DNA of 64,000 nucleotides from Octopus vulgaris (GCA_951406725.2 OX597821.1:80104001-80168000); one strand, 5' to 3'; counted from the stretch's first letter, positions 40,258-54,300 are shown. The notes: generated by a model from the sequence alone, not told the origin. Made by a program: numbers and translations.

Positions 40258-41175
40258 GTATGTATGTATATATATATATATATATACATACATTATTTGT
40301 TATAAGGATTCTTAAGAATTAAGGCACACCTAATTATATATACATACTCATACACGTATTATACACATATTATAAACACAGATATATACATACATATATA
40401 TATATATACATATACATATATACATATATACATAGATATAAACAAACACATGTATATACACACATACATATGTACACTTACACACATACACACTCTCTCT
40501 CTCTCTCTCTCTTACACACACACACATATATGCACCCTTCGAAGAAAGTGGGAATTAAGGGAAGTCTATCGGCAACAATGCGGCGCAAGTGAATCCAATA
40601 ACGTAGTCTTCGGTGACGCCACAGTTTTAATAATTGCAAATGGATATTTTAAAAAAATATTAATATACGAAAAAGGAAGAAAAAGGAAGAAGAAAGACAG
40701 GAAGGCAAGAAATACCATTCCAAACTTCTGTTATCTGAGAACGTTATATGTATTATTTTCGGTTGGTTTCTCTCAGAGGGTAGAACGGACCCAAGTTCTA
40801 AATCCTTAGAGAGCGTATGATGGATGGCAACTGGATATTACAAGTCTAAGACCTAGATGTTACTGACACATGTTTTTACAATATTTCGCAGTTATCTCAT
40901 TATTGCGCGGAGGGTGGGCAGTCGTCAGTGAAGAGAAACAAGAATAAAATAAGATAATATGAAATAAAGTAAAGTAAAATAAAATCTCGGTTACCAAACA
41001 GGATTGAACCTAAGAATTAAGGACACGGGAATCTGAAGGGAATTTCCATTTTTCTTTGTTATTCTTTTAGTTTTTTGTTAGTATCATTCTTCCTCCGCCC
41101 TGCCGCCCGCCATCTTTATTTTATTTATTCATTTATTTACTTTTTGCCGCACAGAGAGAGAGAGAGACAGAGAGA

Positions 41176-41227
<52 letters not shown>

Positions 41228-41803
41228 AATGTAATTAATATAAAATACCGATCGTCTAACGTATACACACATACAGGTACACACGCACACACACACACAC
41301 ACACTGATATGCATGTATACGTTTGCATATATGTAAGTTTACACAATTATATACAGACATAGCAATATCTATATATGTGCGTGAAATTCCATTCACACAC
41401 ACGCAAACACACACACACACGCACACACATAGACATACAGACATACATATATATATATAAATTATATATATACATATAAATATATATATATACATATATA
41501 TATATAAATTATATATATACATATAAATATATATATATATGCATATTTCTCTATCTATCTATCTATACACACACATACACGTATACCCACACACGTATAT
41601 ACATATGTATTGTTTGTATTTTAGGCATACACACACGAATATGTATATGTATAACTATCTACCTATATATATATATATATATATGGGTATGTGAGCGCGC
41701 GCACACACACACACGCAGTATTTAATCTCCCGCAGCATGAAAAGAACACAACCATAAATCATAGACCCCGAGGACAAGGAACCTGAATATTTGCGAAAAC
41801 CCA

Positions 41804-41847
<44 letters not shown>

Positions 41848-42374
41848 CACAATACAACACAACATACGTGCGCATTCACACACTCAAACATACTTACCCT
41901 ACCCACGTACATATATATATATATATATATATATGTCTGTATGTAAGTGTGTGTGTGTGCGAGTTTGTATGGTACAGTGTGTGAGTGTGTGTACGTGTGT
42001 TTGTGTGTGTGTACACCCTTAGCTTCATTGTATGCAATAACTGTCCCCTTTAAGCCTGCTGTAAGAGTCATGCAATAAGGTCACTCGGTTTGCCGCTTAT
42101 AGCGATAAAGTAAATTGTTATATTCAGCCATGTATTAGCTACAAATGAACCTGAGAGGTGAGCTCCAGCTGTGATATGTTTGTATGTTGGTTTCTTTTCC
42201 CAGTTGGAGTCAATTCACTTCATTTCCGTTTGCTTATGATTTTCTTACAAATAATTTCCTTCTCTTTCACCCCCGCCCACGGCCCGGCTTTCCTCCGGCA
42301 TCGATGTGAGGCATTGTATCTCTGTTAGAAATAAATAATCACACAGCAGACATCTAACCCCTGACAACAACAGC

Positions 42375-42410
<36 letters not shown>

Positions 42411-43387
42411 AACGACAGCAACAGCAACAACAACAACAACAATAACGACAGCAACAGCAGTAATAACAATAGTGATTTCAATTATTTATCACAGACGAGG
42501 GCGACAAAACACAAACATGAAACGAGGGAATTTACACAGAAGAAAGGATTAAAATAAGTTTGCATCGTATGAACGCCGGCGTGGCTATGTGGCAAGAAGG
42601 TTGCTTCCCAACGTCGTGGTTCGCTAGATTGTTGGTTCAATTCCCAAACGGGGCAGCGTGTTGAGCAAAGCACTTCATTTCACGTTGCTACAGACCTACT
42701 TTTGATCAAGCAGAGATATGACAGTGATGTGTAACATCATCTGATAGTCTGGTCGGTCATATGATCAGGCGACACCCCTACACACGTGTGTACATACATT
42801 TAAATATGCATTCACAACACGGTTGTGGAACAGAGAGTAGAGAGGGTTAGTAAGGAAATCACTGAGTTAACCTTTTGGAGAGTGCGGTCTGGAATGTATG
42901 TATGTATGTATGTATGTGTGTACAGTAGCAGCAATGTCGCAGATATTTCTGTATATGTGCGCGTAAAAGAGTGTGATATACAATCAGTTAAGAGTGAGCT
43001 AATAGAGATCTTCATATTTAACCTAGTCCCCGCTCTACAGCTATCGTGCGAGAGGTTGGTTGCAAACGATATGTCATGATTTCACAGTGATAACTATCTC
43101 AAGTTTTATTTAGTTACAAAACAATGAAAGGAAACTTTCGAATGTATGTCGTTAATACCTCATCGTGTCTTACCGTCACACACAATATCTTGTATACGCT
43201 ATTGTTGAAGGAAATAATATACATACTTACATGCATGTGTATGTATGTATTTATTTATGTATTTATTTATTATGTATTTATATATGTCCATTATAAAACT
43301 GGGTGGAGTGAAAGAAATGAGGTGAGTTTATATGTGGGTATATATACATACATACTTGCATACATACATACATTATATATATATATT

Positions 43388-43608
43388 CTTTTACTCCTTT
43401 ACTCTTTTACTTCTTTCTGTCATGAGATTGTGGCCATGCCGGAGCACCGCCAATAGTCGAGCAAATTGACCCCGGGACTTATTCTTTGTAAGCCTAGTAC
43501 TTATTTTATCGGTCTCTTTTGCCAAACCGCTAAGTTACAGGGACGCAAACACCCCAGCATCGGTTGTCAAGGGATGTTGGGGGGGTGCAAACACAAACAC
43601 ACAAACAT

Positions 43609-43641
<33 letters not shown>

Positions 43642-43810
43642 CATATATACGACGGGCTTCTTTCAGTTTCCGTCTACCAAATCCACTCACAAGGCTTTAG
43701 TCTGCCCGAGGCTATAGTAGAAAACACTTGCCCAAAGTGCCAGACAGTGGGGCTGGACCCAGAACCATGTGGTTGGTAAGCAAGCTACTTACCACACAGC
43801 CACTCCTACG

Positions 43811-43813
<3 letters not shown>
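43388..43813 (-). mobile_element. SINE family B
   Basis: Full-length reverse-complement copy. Confidence 0.85.
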
Positions 43814-43863
<50 letters not shown>

Positions 43864-44038
43864 CATATATATATATATTTGTATGTGTTCTCCAATATGT
43901 ATGTACGTGTGGTTGCATTTCTTATATTTATACGTTGTTGTGTGTGCATGAAATCCTTAAGTTGTATAATTTATTTTTTCGTCTTTTTGTTTTTACTCTA
44001 TATAAATTATCTGTGTGTGTGTGTGTGTGTGTGTCTGA

Positions 44039-44267
44039 AGGCGCGTGGTCTAGTTGCTAGGGCGTTGCACTCCAGATTGCCGGACAGTGGATTCGATTCC
44101 CGGTTCGAGCAGCGCATTGTGTTCTTGAGCAAAACACCTTATTTTACGCTACTGTAGTCCACTCAGCAGTGAATGAGTAACCTTGTGACACATTAGCCTT
44201 CCGATCAAAAGGATTGTTGACCTACTTGCGCACTGTGACCAGTGATGTATAACATCCGATAACCTGG

Positions 44268-44270
<3 letters not shown>
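44039..44270 (+). mobile_element. tRNA-derived SINE related to families C and E
   Basis: Head ggcgcgtggtctagttgctagggcg...ggattcgattccc, body ttgtgttcttgagcaaaacac, and tail tgtgaccagtgatgtataacatccgataacctggtc. Confidence 0.65.
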
Positions 44271-44304
<34 letters not shown>

Positions 44305-44305
44305 A

Positions 44306-44391
<86 letters not shown>

Positions 44392-44674
44392 CACATGATT
44401 AGAATCTTTTGCAGTAAATGAATAAAAACCACCACCACAACAATAATGATGATGATGTTGATGATTTCTTTCAAATTGTATTCCAAACAGAAAGGGGCAA
44501 ACGGGAATGAATCGGAGATTTCTTAATTAGCATTAATTAGCATTAATGGGGCCGATATCGACTTCGCCTTTCCTTCTCTCGAGGTCGATGAAGCAAATTC
44601 CAGTTGAGTACTAGGGTCGATGACATCGATTAGCCCCTACTCTCAAATTTCAGGACTTGTGTCTATAGTAGAAA

Positions 44675-45118
<444 letters not shown>

Positions 45119-47004
45119 GTGGTGTATTCCACTCTAGCTGTTGGAAGAAGTCATTTTTGCTCCTCCCTTTGAAACACATTTTATTCAAGCATCAAGCATT
45201 ACCAAATGAAATTTTATTTGAGCTACTTGAGAACCAAAGGAGGGGCTGCCCTCGATACCCGGGGGTAGAGAACAGAAAAATAAAAGATATTTGTTTTACA
45301 AACTTATAAAAGATTCTAGTTATACACACTACAATTTTTTTATGCAAAATACCAAATAAAATTGTCACACGACAAAACCCTATGATGTCAAAAATCACAA
45401 TGGAGTTAAAATACGCAACTAACTGTACAAGAGGAACAAGAAAATGAAGAGAACAGAAAATGTCGCAAATACTCAAAGAAGCTATTTAGAAGACAGTGGC
45501 AGTGATTACAGCGAGAGCAGTAGCGATTCTTACACATAGCATCCGTGAGAAGACAACCCTTCCTTCAAAATAAAATGAACAGATAGAATTTCTAGATTTA
45601 TCACAGAAAAAAAGAAAAATAAAAACTCCAGAAAAATGGGGTAATTTTGTAAAACCGAACAGCATTTATTTGTTTGCAACAAAAAATTACTCAGGAGAGG
45701 GCAAAGAGATGAAATATATAACCCTCCATACGGAAGCAGGTTAAATTTCTCTTCACATCATGTAGTACAAGAATCTTGCACACACCAGGAGAAATGATCA
45801 CAATTGTTAAGGCCAAAAGCTACGACACATTCTGCTGTCTCTTCAAATCTGAAGATGCAACTCAAATCAGGCTTAAATTGTGATAAATCCTTCTGAATAT
45901 ATATTTGTGCCCTAACACATGGGTAAAAAAAAAAAACTCAGGAATAATGATAACAGACACTGGACATGATGTAGATCTATGGTTTGTTGTGATTTTGTGT
46001 CGTAGCATAGAAAAGTGGCTGAGGAAGGTGATCTGCGAACGAAGATGTCAGAAATGGACTTTCAAGTCCTCATAAACCCCAATAGCTACAGAGCCGTATC
46101 AGAAGAAAGAGCTGAGAAAAAGAACATGAGATTGATGATACAAGGTAGATAACCTAGTTGTTAAAAGTTAGTCGAAGTGAAACACAGCTTGAGCCAAATG
46201 CCTGGAAGAACCGGGAAGATTTCAATAAAAAGAACAACAACAAGGAGCAATTGCAAAAGAACAACAAACGCTAGTTTTCATATCACCACCCGCCAAAACT
46301 CTGGTGATGGCAAAGGAAATATTTTTAGGCCTTTTATCATAAACAGATGAGCTAATATCTAGTCCCCTGACGGTATCAACATGGAGTACCACACCTTCAT
46401 CGTGCGATTTGGAAGAAATAATTACGGGTGGAAGTTTTCAAAGGCTGAGTGAAAACACGAAGGAAACAAAGATGAAAGAATCACAGTAAAAAAAAAAGAC
46501 ATCATAAAACAACGATAATTGGTGAGGAAGAAACATTTTCTTCCAAACAACGAAATTCCCCCTTAGGAAAATAATGTAGAAAATGAAGATGATGGAATGC
46601 CCTAACATAACATACTCAAAAAATGTTTCATCTCTTATTCTATCCTTATAAATAATTGTTTTACTGAATATTTTAAAAATTTGTTACCTACAAATATGTG
46701 TGTATGCAAGCGCGTACGTATGTATGTATATGCAAAGATGTATGTATGTGTGTATGTGTGTGCGCGCGTGCGTGGTTGGATGGATAGATGGATGTCATTG
46801 CGACATGGAATGTATTTTACTCATCATACGATTTCCTAATCCCCATCGCTAAGAATTTACCATTAATCTAACTGAGAACAACTCCACGTATTCTTTCCAC
46901 ATGCTAGAAAAAATGCAGCTACATTTACTTTAATCAAATCATTATTATTGCCTTGCAAGAGAGGAAGTACATATTAAACAAAGTCCTCTTAAAATGCAGT
47001 ATGT

Positions 47005-47292
47005 ATGAGTGACAACCAGGCCACTGGTGGTGGCGTAACACGTCATACTAATCATATCTGTCGGGCATGTGGAAGAGAGTGTAATTCGGCAGGAGGACTT
47101 AAACGACATGCAAAGGTACATGAAGCCCAGTTACAACTACAGCCGGCTATTACCAGTAAAGGTTTTAGTTGCCAATTTTGTACAAGACATTGTAGATCTT
47201 TAGCTGAGCTAAAAAGTCACATTCGATCACAGCATCAGTAACAGTTAAGCTTCGTGCAAGAGCCATACTCGATAACGAGAGGGCAGCCATAA
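47005..47292 (+). mobile_element. 3' end of an RTE-like LINE encoding two C2H2 zinc fingers
   Basis: HICRACGRECNSAGGLKRHAKVH and FSCQFCTRHCRSLAELKSHIRSQH have no TGEKP linker. They are followed by a short UTR (gccatactcgataacgagagggcagcca) and a (TATG)n tail. Confidence 0.6.
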
Positions 47293-47319
47293 TGTATGTA
47301 TGTATGTATACCTCTTCTA

Positions 47320-47650
47320 TTTTTTAATTATTATAAATCTTCCACTGAGAAAGGAGCCAGTTTCCAACAACGAATCAAGGATCCATCTTTGGGATGTAGT
47401 TAACATAGACAAATTCACATGTAGAACTTGAAAAAAGTCGTGCATATTTTTACTGTTCCACTCACAGCTTTCACGTGTAATGTACTAATTAGCCGGTCGA
47501 TTTCTCTTTCTGAAAATCCCAGTTTATTCAGATTCTCCTTTAAGCATTTACTTACAAAACCTAGTGCTCCAATTATTATTGATATGAATATGAACTCATA
47601 GTCTGGATATAGAAGTTAGAGGTTTTGAAGCAGTTGTCCATAGATATCCT
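47320..47650 (-). mobile_element. 3' end of an R4/Dong-like LINE (RLE C-terminus plus UTR) between (TATG)n tracts
   Basis: Minus strand: IYGQLLQNL*LLYPDYEFIFISIIIGALGFVSKCLKENLNKLGFSEREIDRLISTLHVKAVSGTVKICTTFFKF, homologous to 59090-59320. Confidence 0.8.
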
Positions 47651-48080
47651 TATGCATGTATGTATGTATGTATGTATGTATGTATGTATGTATGTATGTA
47701 TGTATGTATGTATGTATGTAGATGACAGGATGTTCACTGTTGGAACGATTTTAATTATAGGTATACTTAATCATACATGACCTAGTGCGAAACAAGAACG
47801 ACATCAACAGTAACAACAACAATGTGGAATTCCATTCCAGAGTCAGTGCTAACAGTGGGTTTTATAGCAACTTCCTGTAATGAAATTATATGATTAATGA
47901 CTGATGAAAAATACACGACAATTACCACAAAAACCTAATGTACACATTCGGTTTCGAGTTAATCAAGTAGGCACATTTAACTGTCACGATAAGACAAATG
48001 AGTAAAGAGTGAACATGAAAACATACTCATTTACGTTACTCCGGGCTGTCTCCAGGGTCAGAAGAGATAATATATGTATG

Positions 48081-48137
<57 letters not shown>

Positions 48138-48142
<5 letters not shown>

Positions 48143-48592
48143 AAATCAAAATATTTTGATTTTAATTATAAATTAAAATGTTCTCAAACCGGCACTAACT
48201 ACTGCAGTAATTTATTTATGCAGTATTTATCTCCGGTAATTTTGGCGCGCTCGAACGAGGGCATTTGAACATAACTGCGAATATAATAGGCTAAACTACT
48301 CGTGTGTTTGACTTCGTGTTAATATCTGACGTGCAGTTCGACAAATTATATTTATGACGAATCTCACTGAGGATCTGTAGATTTATTGTGTAAGTAAAAT
48401 TGCATAATTTATTAACAGTGAAACAATTGTGTGGGGTTAATCTACATTTTTGTTATTCTTCATTTGTCCTGCTCGCTTACGTTCATAGTTGTGGTAAATT
48501 TTTCTTGAGAACAATTCTTAGTGGTTGAGACCATTGCGGATCTATTTTTAGCTTTAGAGCGTCCACATAGTGGATTCTCTCTCATATTTGTG
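48138..48592 (+). mobile_element. (TA)n-flanked Penelope-like terminal-repeat fragment
   Basis: A unique block of about 450 bp is bounded by (TA)n on both sides and contains a hammerhead motif. Confidence 0.5.
48360..48438 (+). ncRNA. Type I hammerhead ribozyme motif with long loop II (cleavage site appears mutated)
   Basis: AATCTCA CTGAGGA T CTGT...ACAG T GAAA CAATTG TG TGGGGTT. Stem I is AATCTCA/TGGGGTT, the core is intact, stem II is CTGT/ACAG and stem III is the palindrome ACAATTGT. The triplet is GUG rather than NUH. Confidence 0.55.
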
Positions 48593-48637
48593 TATATATA
48601 TATATATATATATATATGCATCTTATATATATATATA

Positions 48638-49017
48638 TAGGCGTAGGAGTGGCTGTGTAGTAAGTAGCTTGCTTACCAACCACATGGTTCTGGGTCCAGC
48701 CCCACTGCATGGCACCTGGGTCAAGTGTCTTCTACTACAGCCTCGGGCCGACCAAAGTCTTGTGAGTGGATTTGGTAGACGGAAACTGAAAGAAGCCCGT
48801 CATATATATATATATATATATATCTTTTACTCTTTTACTTGTTTCAGTCATTTGACTGCGGCCATGCTGGAGCGCCGCCTTTAGTCGAGCAAATCGACCC
48901 CGGGACTTATTCTTTGTAAGCCCAGTACTTATTCTATCGGTCTCTTTTGCCGAACCACTAAGTGACGGGGGCATAAACACACCAGCATCGGGGACAAACA
49001 CAGACACACAAACACAT

Positions 49018-49090
<73 letters not shown>

Positions 49091-49370
49091 TATATACATA
49101 TATACGACAGGCTTCATTCAGTTTCCATGTGTGTGTGTGTGTGTGCGTGTGTGTGTATGTGTTTGTGTGTCTGTGTTTGTCCCCCCAACATCTCTTGACA
49201 ACCGATGCTAGTGTGTTTACGTCCCCGTAACTTAGCGGTTCGGCAAAAGAAACCGATAGAATAAGTACTAGGCTTACAAAGAATACGTCCTGGGGTCGAT
49301 TTGCTCGACTAAAGGCGGTGCTCCACCATGGCCGCAGTCAAATGACTGGAACAAGTAAAAGAGTAAAGAG
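48638..49370. mobile_element. Nested SINE family B copies in opposite orientations
   Basis: Plus-strand head at 48638-48800, minus-strand 3' half at 48824-49125, and plus-strand 3' half at 49128-49370. Another minus-strand relic lies at about 49395-49560. Confidence 0.8.
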
Positions 49371-50265
49371 TGTATATATATATATATATATGCATCTTTT
49401 ATTTATTTTAGTCATTTTACTGCAGCCATGCTGGGGCACCGCCTTGAAGGGTATCAGCTGAACAAATTGAATCCAGGACCTATTTCTTTTAGCTTGGTAC
49501 TTATTCTATCGGTCTCTTTTCCGAATTGCTAAGTTACGGGGACGTATACATACCAACACCGGAGAGTCATCAGAGCGTTTAGCGATTCGCCTGCACTTTA
49601 ATAATTGAATTATATATGTGGTTCATTTTTATAAACAGTCTATAAATATTACAGATTTGCTTCTAGCGAAGGGATAGTTTTTCCAACGGAGGTACGTATC
49701 CTATCAGTCGGTTACTTGTTTCAAGAAGATGGCCGCTATATAAATTTGGTGCAACAGAAAATTGCTGATATATTTCCACATACAACTATTCCACATCGAA
49801 AGTATCCTCCTTAATCTGATTCATTTAATTCTGCGAAACCAGTTCGATGGAAAACATTGAATGTTTGATATCGCTTAGAAGCAGTCAGGACAAGGGAGTC
49901 AGTCTCTGTCAGACAGATTATGGATGAGGCTAATCCACATCCAGAATATATCAATTGGTGATAACAGGTAAGAGTTACCGCGCGTTGAGCAAAATACGAA
50001 GATTCCATATGCCCGAAAATGTTATGTAAATTCTTCCGATATACTTACGTAAATACATACATGGGTATATACATACATTGACACACAAATATGTAGGGAT
50101 TATAAATGCATGTGTTAATACACAATATACATACATGTATGTACGCACACGTATTCTTATATATATTGTATGCATGGGTACACGTATCCATGTATGTATG
50201 TATGCATGCATGCATACATACATATATATATATACATATATGTATATATATATATATGATACACG

Positions 50266-50333
<68 letters not shown>

Positions 50334-50690
50334 TACATATATACAGATATAAAAATCAAGTTGAGAAAACATAACTAAGTATGAAAGCTCATCGCCAGAA
50401 GCATTACTTTCCCCTTAAAATGTCGTTAAAGTGTTTGATAGTTTACATTCCTTTATTGTGTATAATACGCAGTGATACACGTAATGGCGGCTTGTATGGG
50501 TTGTGGAGTTGCTGTGTTGTTATGGTGGTTGCTTAGCAATGACTTTGGGTGATAGCGGCAGAGATCGGGGTGATAATAGGCAGCATGAAATTGAACGAGT
50601 ATTCTGTGTTGTGGTTAGTATGTTTACCGAGTTTTATCTCTTACCTATTTATTAGCAATTTTCTGTTATCACACACACACATATATACAC

Positions 50691-50788
<98 letters not shown>

Positions 50789-50982
50789 TTGTATGTATGT
50801 AAAGTGCACACACATACGAATGATGCATATATACGTATGTATATATGTATATGCATATGTGTATTCTTGAAAAGAGATAAGAAAAATTCAAAAAGTCTTT
50901 CACTACAGATAAGAGGAAGCATTAAGAAGAGAATAGCATGTTTTTTAATCCTGTCTTTGTACGTGTGTTTGTGTGTGTGTGT

Positions 50983-51059
<77 letters not shown>

Positions 51060-51138
51060 ATATGCCTATCTCGTTTAAGTCGCATGGATATAAGGTAATT
51101 GCTCCGCTAAAGAATAGAGTCACTTTTGCCCGCTCAGT

Positions 51139-51330
51139 TAATAAACGCCTCTCGTAGATGAACAGAAATTGAAGTCCAGATTCGTGTGCACTATCTAGCA
51201 TATATATATGCATATACATACATACATACATACATACATGCATGCATGCATGCATACATACATACATACATATGCATGTATGCACGAATCTGGACTACAA
51301 TTCTTGTTCATCTACGAGAGGCATTTATTA
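51139..51330. repeat. 48-bp inverted repeat around a (TACA)/(TGCA) microsatellite spacer
   Basis: taataaacgcctctcgtagatgaacagaaattgaagtccagattcgtg (51139-51186) matches the reverse complement of 51283-51330 with about four differences. Confidence 0.85.
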
Positions 51331-51361
51331 TATGTATATATATATACATACATATATATGC

Positions 51362-51405
<44 letters not shown>

Positions 51406-51780
51406 GCGTGCGTTTGTGTGTATACATATATACGTGTGTGTATTTATGTATAAAAGTACTGGCGCTAGGCAGTTATACAAAGCAACAACTGCGCTAAAGC
51501 AATGATACGCATTCACTTTTAATTTATTTGCATATTTGACTGCCGTTTTTAAATGAGAAAAAATCCTATAATGACTTCTTTGGCCCCATGAAACGCGTCC
51601 CCGACCACCTAACTTTGGTTCGGAACACAAATAAACCATTCGGCTCACATTGTGTATCACTTCTGTAGGTTATTTGTAGGAGTGACTCAGTACAATAACG
51701 CTAGGGTGTTTGGAATTTTGTTTATATTTGTTTGAATTGGATGCCGCTGCACAGTACTAAAGATCCTGTTCTTTCCTTCT

Positions 51781-51980
51781 ACAATAAGGACCCAGTATTG
51801 TAACAGTTTAGGTTTCATGGGACCCACAGTTTTTCAACGCTCTGCCAAACAACCTCAGAGATCTACGAGGTTTCAAAGAACGTTTGGATAAATATATAAT
51901 TGACCTTACAGATGAACCCAATCTGCGGAAGAAAATACAAAGAAGAGCATCACTGTCCAACCCGCTACCTCACCAGAGAC
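51781..51980 (+). mobile_element. 3' end of a CR1-group LINE
   Basis: TIRTQYCNSLGFMGPTVFNALPNNLRDLRGFKERLDKYIIDLTDEPNL...RRASLSNPL matches the GPxLFNxLPxxLR...FKxxLDxFLxxxPDEP...SNSL terminus of invertebrate CR1-group elements. Confidence 0.7.
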
Positions 51981-51982
51981 AC

Positions 51983-52352
51983 TTGCTTACCAACCACATG
52001 GTTCCGGGTTCAGTCCCACTGCGTGCAGTGTCTTCTACTATAGCCTCGGGCCGACCAAAGCCTTGTGAGTGGATTTGGTAGACGGAAACTGAAAGAAGCC
52101 CGTCGTATATATGTGTATATATATATATATATGTGTGTGTGTATGTGTTTGTGTGTCTGTGTTTGCCCACCCCCAACATCGCTTGACAACCGATGCTGGT
52201 GTGTTTACGTTCCCGTAACTTAGCGGTTCGGCAAAAGAAACCGATAGAATAAGTACTAGGCTTACAAAGAATGAATCCTGGGGTCAATTTACTCGACTAA
52301 AGGTGGTGCTCCAGCATGGCCGCAGTCAAATTACTGAAACAAGTAAAAGAGT
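51983..52352 (+). mobile_element. SINE family B, 5'-truncated
   Basis: Consensus match. Confidence 0.85.
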
Positions 52353-52480
52353 AAACAAAAAAAAAACGAAACAAAACCGGGAAGTGAGAAATGAAAAACC
52401 AGTCCCACAAATAGCGGTGCCCAGGTCTAACCCCAGCATCTGGATGAAACCAATAACAAATAATATAAAAGATATATATT

Positions 52481-52854
52481 TTTTTACCTCCATCTTAGCG
52501 AAAGCGGAGGTATTGTTTACAGTCGTGTTTGTTTGTCTGTGGAGAAGATATCTCAAGAACCGCTGGATGGATTCGGATGAAACTTTCAGGGATGTTTGGC
52601 TTCATGGCTGGCACGAACTGATTAACTTTTGGGATTGATCCGGTACCGGATAAGGCTTCTGGATTGTTTTTCCTATTTTTTTTTTAAATTTAAGTTTTGA
52701 GAACGGTCGTGTTCATTTTTAGTATTCTCGTTTGTGAGAGCAGTCGAGTTTATTTCAAATATTCTCCTTTAAAAAATCTTCTCCGGCTAATCGTTGAGAG
52801 GACGTTGGTGTTGCCATGGTAGAGGTTTGCACTCTCTGTGTGATCTCGTTTAGT
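52481..52854 (+). mobile_element. Non-autonomous Helentron-like (HINE/DINE-type) element
   Basis: Starts TTTTTACCTCC...GCGGAGGTA, a 5' inverted pair, followed by a gtttgtttgtctgt tract. Ends GGTAGAGGTTTGCACTCTCTGTGTG...TAGT, a sub-terminal repeat plus hairpin, in T-rich flanks. Confidence 0.6.
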
Positions 52855-53883
52855 ATTATTTTTTTCAGTATTTTTGGCAGAATCGTTAACACGCCGGGCG
52901 AAATGCGTAGCCGTATTTCGTCCGCCGTTACGTTTTGAGTTCAAATTCCGCCGAGGTCGACTTTGCCTTTCATTCTTTCGGGCTCGATAAATTAAGTAGT
53001 GGGGAAATTCTGGGGTCGATGTAATCGACTAGTCTCCTCCCCACAAATTTCAGTCCTTGTTCCTATAGCAGAAAAGATTATTTTTGCAGGACTCTTATAG
53101 GCTTGACCATACATACTTGTGCACACGTACGCATGCGCACTCTACCATCGATCTACAGATGTAGAATGAGTTAATGAATTCTCAATTCATTCACATTCCA
53201 TACAACGATGATACTCCAGTTTATTTTTCATATTTAATATCATTTGTTACTGGATTATTGAGATGAGGTAACTAGTCTTATTTATATAACCAAATGCATC
53301 TTAGTTGATTTTGAATTATGTCTTTATAAAGTGCCAGAGAAAATTCGGTTAAGTGTCTTAGTTTGTTTTTTTCTTTTTCAGAGAAAGTAAAATAGTCGTT
53401 ACCCTTTTCATGTGAAATAGTTTCAGTAAGAAATTTTTAAATGTAAATGTGAATGAAAATGTTTGAAATTTGGGTGAGGATTTCTCCAGTTGGGAGGAAA
53501 AGGCTTAGGCGAGTCATGTTTGCGTATAGAAAAGCTCAAATATTTAACAAGTGTTAACGATACTTGGGCACCACGTAATCGCTATGTACATGACGAATAG
53601 GAAATAGAAACCTGAGGCCGCAAAGGAATATTAACACAAGGCACGTAACTCATTCTTCATACATACATGCATACACATATTCAGGCATATATAAATATGT
53701 GTGTGTGTATGCGTGTGTTGGAAAATGTATACGTTAGAATTTGTGGCTTGATATGGAAAATAAAAATGTCAGATAAATATGTATGTATCCCGTAAAATTA
53801 ATGTATAAATGCTATCTAGCGGGTGGGACTGTACACACACATATATGTATGACAGCTATAAAATACACATTTTATGTACTATA

Positions 53884-54046
53884 GGCGCAGGAGTGGCTGT
53901 ATAGTAAATAGCTTGCTTACCAACCACATGGTTCTGGTTTCAGTCCCACTGCGTGGCACCTTGGGCAAGAGCTTTCTGTTTTAGCCTCGGGCCGACCAAA
54001 GCCTTCTGAATTGATTTGGTAGACGGAAACTGAAAGAAGCCCGTCG

Positions 54047-54081
<35 letters not shown>

Positions 54082-54296
54082 GTGTGTGTGTGTGTTTGTC
54101 TCCAACCCCACCATCACTTGACAACCGATGCTGGTGTGTTTATGTCCCCGTAACTTAGCAGTTCGGCAAAAGTGACCGACAGAATAAGTACTAGACTTAC
54201 AAAGAATAAGTTCTGGGGTCGATTTGTTCGACTAACGGCGGTGCTCCAGCATGGCCGCAGTCAAATGACTGAAACAAATAAAAGAGTAAAAGAGTA
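53884..54296 (+). mobile_element. SINE family B, full-length reference copy
   Basis: tRNA-like head ggcgcaggagtggctgtatagtaa...gtttcagtccc, internal (TA)n(TG)n, and tail ...gactgaaacaaataaaagagtaaaagag. Other copies are at 55085-55245 (+) and 58010-58365 (-). Confidence 0.85.
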
Positions 54297-54300
54297 AACG

